Source: an uncultured Bacilli bacterium
Lineage (GTDB): Bacteria > Bacillota_I > Bacilli_A > RF39 > UBA660
Length of the DNA: 64,000 nt
NCBI GenBank assembly: GCA_934148015.1
Contig: CAKPCU010000001.1
Span: 95,941-159,940, forward strand
Reading direction: 5' to 3'
The notes below the pieces were generated by a model. The model did no database searches and was not told the DNA's origin. It worked only from the letters and a program-made list of their open reading frames with translations. Below, one piece after another: positions 60,995 to 64,000 of this stretch (positions are counted from its first letter, which is position 1; every line of letters begins with the position of its first letter). Position numbers and translations under genes: made by a program.

Positions 60995-62236
60995 ATGAAA
61001 TACGTATTTAAAGATAATATTAAAAAAGAAGAATATGATGATTTTGTTAAAAATTTTCCATCAACTACATTTATGCAAACCTCTTCTTGGTCACTTGTTA
61101 AAACAGCATGGGAGAGCTCTTTTGTAGGTATGTATGATAACGAAAAATTAGTATGTGCAGCAATGATTTTAAAAAGAAAATTATTTTTAAATAAAAAATT
61201 ATTTTACATACCAAGAGGTTTTGTTATAGATTATAAAGATAAGAAATTATTAGAAAGTTTTACAGAAAATTTAAGAGATTATGCTAAAAAAAATGGTGGA
61301 ATAGATATAAAAATAGATCCATTTATATGTTTTAGTGAAGATAATATTCAAAATATAAGAAAAAATAAAGGTATAGAAGTTAGAAAGTCATTTACAAAGG
61401 ATACAAAAGAAATTGTATCTAATTTAGAAAAAGTAGGCTTTGTGCATGGTGGATATAAAAGGGAAGTAAATGCTTATATTCAGCCAAGATATACAATGGT
61501 AATATCACTTAAAGATAAAGATGAAAATTTATATGAAAAAGAAGCTTTAAGAAGAACTTTTCCAAAAAACACAAGAAATTATATTGGTACATATCAAGAA
61601 GAAAGAGGAGTAGAGTTTTCTTATTCTAAAAATAAAGATGATGTTAAATATCTAATAAGTGTTTTAAAAGAAACAGAAAAAAGACAGCATATATCACTTA
61701 GAAGTGAAAACTATTTTAAGAATTTAATGGATTCATTTCCAGATAATGCAGTACTTTTCTTTGCACACGTTAATATAGATAAATATATAAAGTTTTTAGA
61801 AAAAGATATGAAAGAACATGAAAATAAAAAAGATTTTTGTTTAAATCAAATAGAAGAAGCAAAAAAAGTAAAGGAAAAATATGGAAATAGACCACTTGCA
61901 GGAGCGACTATTGTTATGATGCCAACTTGCAATAATGGTATTAAAACAGCATCATTTTTATATGCTGGTACTAATACTAATATTCTTCCATCACTTAAGA
62001 TAACTAATGGACTTATGTTTTATAGATTGTGCTATTGTTTAGATAATGGATGTGATTACTGTGATCTTGGAGGAGTAGATGGTTCACTTGAAGATCACTT
62101 ATCGACTTTTAAGTCTAAATTTAATCCAAATGTATTAGAATTAGTTGGTGAGTATGACTTAGTAATTAGTAAAGTATGGTATGGTTTATTTAATTTAGGG
62201 TTAAAAACACTTAAGTTTATCAGGTCAAAAAGGTAA
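60995..62236 (+). CDS. FemAB-family peptidoglycan interpeptide-bridge aminoacyltransferase
   Basis: 413 aa. FMQTSSW..K, YIPRGF and GGVDG blocks shared with the paralog at 38959..40203. Confidence 0.75.
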   Translation: MKYVFKDNIKKEEYDDFVKNFPSTTFMQTSSWSLVKTAWESSFVGMYDNEKLVCAAMILKRKLFLNKKLFYIPRGFVIDYKDKKLLESFTENLRDYAKKNGGIDIKIDPFICFSEDNIQNIRKNKGIEVRKSFTKDTKEIVSNLEKVGFVHGGYKREVNAYIQPRYTMVISLKDKDENLYEKEALRRTFPKNTRNYIGTYQEERGVEFSYSKNKDDVKYLISVLKETEKRQHISLRSENYFKNLMDSFPDNAVLFFAHVNIDKYIKFLEKDMKEHENKKDFCLNQIEEAKKVKEKYGNRPLAGATIVMMPTCNNGIKTASFLYAGTNTNILPSLKITNGLMFYRLCYCLDNGCDYCDLGGVDGSLEDHLSTFKSKFNPNVLELVGEYDLVISKVWYGLFNLGLKTLKFIRSKR

Positions 62237-62312
62237 TAAACTTTAATATTTTGAATAAGAAACTGTAAAAAAGTTTCTTTTTATTATATAATAAATTTCG
62301 AAGGTGATAAGT

Positions 62313-63290
62313 ATGAAATGGAAAATAGGAAATGTTAATATAGATAATAGAGTTGTTTTAGCTCCTATGGCAGGAGTTTGTAATAGTGCATTTAGAAAAA
62401 TAATAAAAGAAATGGGAGCAGGTCTTTTATATGCTGAAATGGTTAGTGATAAAGCTTTAGTATATGATAATAAAAAGAGTCATGATATGCTTTATATGAC
62501 TGAAGAAGAAAGACCTATTACTCAGCAAATATTTGGTAGTGATAAAGAAAGCTTTGTTTGTGCTGCTAAGATAGTTGAACGTGAAATGAAACCAGATATT
62601 ATAGATATTAATATGGGTTGCCCTGTACCTAAAGTAGCTAAAAGAGCACAAGCTGGAGCAGCACTTTTAAAAGATCCGGATAAAGTTTATGATATAGTTA
62701 AAAGCGTTGTTAATGCAGTAAATGTACCTGTTACTGTTAAAATAAGAAGTGGTTGGGATAGTGAAAGTATTAATGCAAGTATAATAGCTAAAAAAATAGA
62801 GGAAGCTGGAGCTAGTGCTATATGTGTTCATCCAAGAACTAGAGCACAAGGTTATAGTGGCCATGCTAATTGGAATATAATAAAAGAAGTTAAAGAAAAT
62901 GTAAATATTCCTGTAATAGGTAATGGTGATATATTAAGTGCAGAAGATGCAAAAAAAATGCTTGATGAAACTGGGTGTGATGCTGTTATGATAGGTAGAG
63001 GAACACTTGGTAATCCATATTTAATAAAACAAGTAGTAAGTTATATTGAAGATGGTATCTTGCTAGAAGAACAAAGTTCTATAGATAAAATGAAGCTTTG
63101 TTTAAAACATTTTGATTATTTACTTAAAATAAAAGATGAAAAAACAGCAGTACTTGAGATGCGTACTCATGCAGCATGGTATTTAAAAGGTTTGCCTTCA
63201 TCAACTATAGTAAAGCAAAAGCTATATACCTTAAAAACAAAAGAAGAATTTATTAAGCTAATAAATGATTATATACAAACTTTAAAATGA
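62313..63290 (+). CDS. dusB: tRNA-dihydrouridine synthase B
   Basis: LAPMAGV, DINMGCP, and a catalytic Cys region. ATG 62313 is preferred. Confidence 0.9.
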   Translation: MKWKIGNVNIDNRVVLAPMAGVCNSAFRKIIKEMGAGLLYAEMVSDKALVYDNKKSHDMLYMTEEERPITQQIFGSDKESFVCAAKIVEREMKPDIIDINMGCPVPKVAKRAQAGAALLKDPDKVYDIVKSVVNAVNVPVTVKIRSGWDSESINASIIAKKIEEAGASAICVHPRTRAQGYSGHANWNIIKEVKENVNIPVIGNGDILSAEDAKKMLDETGCDAVMIGRGTLGNPYLIKQVVSYIEDGILLEEQSSIDKMKLCLKHFDYLLKIKDEKTAVLEMRTHAAWYLKGLPSSTIVKQKLYTLKTKEEFIKLINDYIQTLK

Positions 63291-63327
63291 CTTGATATTT
63301 AAGACCAGATAAGTAGTTTTTTAATTT

Positions 63328-63357
63328 TTTACAAATATATATTACATATGTTATAAT
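63328..63357 (+). promoter_or_regulatory. Extended -10 sigma-A promoter for the terminal two-gene unit
   Basis: TTTACA (63328-63333), an 18-nt spacer ending in TGT, then TATAAT (63352-63357). Confidence 0.5.
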
Positions 63358-63398
63358 CTAAACGTAAGGTAAAAAACAATATATAGGAGAAACAAGTA

Positions 63399-63557
63399 AT
63401 GGAAAAAGTATTAACAGAAACATATGATAATAAAATAGTAAGAATACCGAGAGAAAAACTAGAAGAATTTAAAAGAACACAAATAAGAATAAAGAAATTA
63501 TTAGAAGAAAGAAAAACTAAAAAAGAAGTTCTTGAGGTACTTAAAAATGACAAATAA
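63399..63557 (+). CDS. 52-aa charged small protein (not in the ORF track)
   Basis: RBS aggaga lies 8 nt before the ATG. Sequence MEKVLTETYDNKIVRIPREKLEEFKRTQIRIKKLLEERKTKKEVLEVLKNDK*. Its end overlaps the next ATG by 11 nt. Confidence 0.5.
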   Translation: MEKVLTETYDNKIVRIPREKLEEFKRTQIRIKKLLEERKTKKEVLEVLKNDK

Positions 63558-64000
63558 AGAAATAGAAAGCTTTAATAAGATATTTGGTATTAATACTGTA
63601 TTTTACTATGATGATAAAAGTGTTTGTGGATATGAAGAAAATAATACTATATATTTAAATCTAAATAGTAATAAAGATTTAGAAAAAGTAAATATGCATG
63701 AACTACTACATTTTTATGAAGAAACAGAAGTATTTAAGAAAATAAAAGAAAGAGTAATAAGTAGTTTAAAAGAAAATAAAGAATTTGATAAATTAAAAGA
63801 AGAATATGAATTAAAGTATTTTGGAATATATAGCCTTGAAGAAATAGAAAAAGGAATAATAGATAATGAGATAGTAATAGATGTATTAGTAGGAGACTAT
63901 CCATACTTTAAAAAAGAAGATTTAGATAACTTATGCACAGAAATATTAATATCAGAGAAAAAAGAAACAGATAGAAGAAGATACCTTATATTAAACATGA
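63547..64000 (+). CDS. HEXXH-motif protein (putative metallopeptidase-like), 3' end outside the window
   Basis: Open frame from ATG 63547 to the window end (151 codons). HELLH lies at 63697-63711. Translationally coupled to the upstream mini-ORF. Confidence 0.55.
   Translation, partial: MTNKEIESFNKIFGINTVFYYDDKSVCGYEENNTIYLNLNSNKDLEKVNMHELLHFYEETEVFKKIKERVISSLKENKEFDKLKEEYELKYFGIYSLEEIEKGIIDNEIVIDVLVGDYPYFKKEDLDNLCTEILISEKKETDRRRYLILNM

Noticed and set aside
63329-63553. Minus-strand 74-aa ORF from the track at the right edge.
   Set aside because: The plus strand here carries a promoter, an RBS-preceded 52-codon ORF and a coupled downstream ORF. The minus-strand ORF has no RBS and a low-complexity translation.
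1-64000. CRISPR arrays, tandem or interspersed DNA repeats, IS elements, tRNA or rRNA genes, and UGA recoding.
   Set aside because: No regularly spaced repeats, no transposase-like ORFs, and no cloverleaf-like sequences outside the tmRNA were seen. Conserved genes contain no in-frame TGA. Visual scanning cannot exclude short or degenerate repeats.

Overview
AT-rich (roughly 30% G+C by eye, not computed) chromosomal segment from an endospore-forming low-GC Firmicute. The standard genetic code applies: conserved genes have no in-frame UGA. About 70 genes are tightly packed and almost all lie on the + strand. The window joins core blocks that are dispersed in Bacillus subtilis: (1) spoVG-yabP-yabQ-divIC; (2) mrnC-rlmB-sigH-secE-nusG-rplK-rplA-rplJ-rplL-YbxB-like methyltransferase-rpoB-rpoC; (3) tilS-ftsH; (4) DUF1934-argS-rpoE-prfA-prmC-spoIIR; (5) fba-murA-rpmE; (6) rpsL-rpsG-fusA-tuf; (7) eno-secG-rnr-smpB-ssrA (tmRNA); (8) ychF-rpsF-ssb-rpsR-rplI-dnaB-M23 peptidase-WalJ-like MBL-rlmH-ung; (9) gerQ, pduL, a FemAB paralog and dusB. 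I found no rRNA, tRNA, CRISPR array, transposase or integrase. I did not find a convincing multi-gene novel system. The observations most worth a second look are: (a) an unlisted 27-codon hydrophobic ORF facing a promoter/terminator-defined ~80-nt RNA, arranged like a type I toxin-antitoxin locus (22954-23150); (b) a Bro-N/antirepressor-family pseudogene with three lesions between the YbxB-like gene and rpoB; (c) substitutions at hyperconserved positions: RpoB Asn at the E. coli His526 position, S12 Ile for the Pro of KDLPGVRYH, and an SSB tip of DDDIAF instead of DDD[IL]PF; (d) an FtsH C-terminal Rho_N-like module; (e) a block of lineage-specific genes downstream of ssrA, including an unlisted YjcZ-like mini-ORF; (f) a new transcription unit at the right edge with a 52-codon ORF translationally coupled to an HEXXH-motif protein, neither in the ORF track. 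All functional calls come from motif and synteny recognition by eye; no database search was possible.
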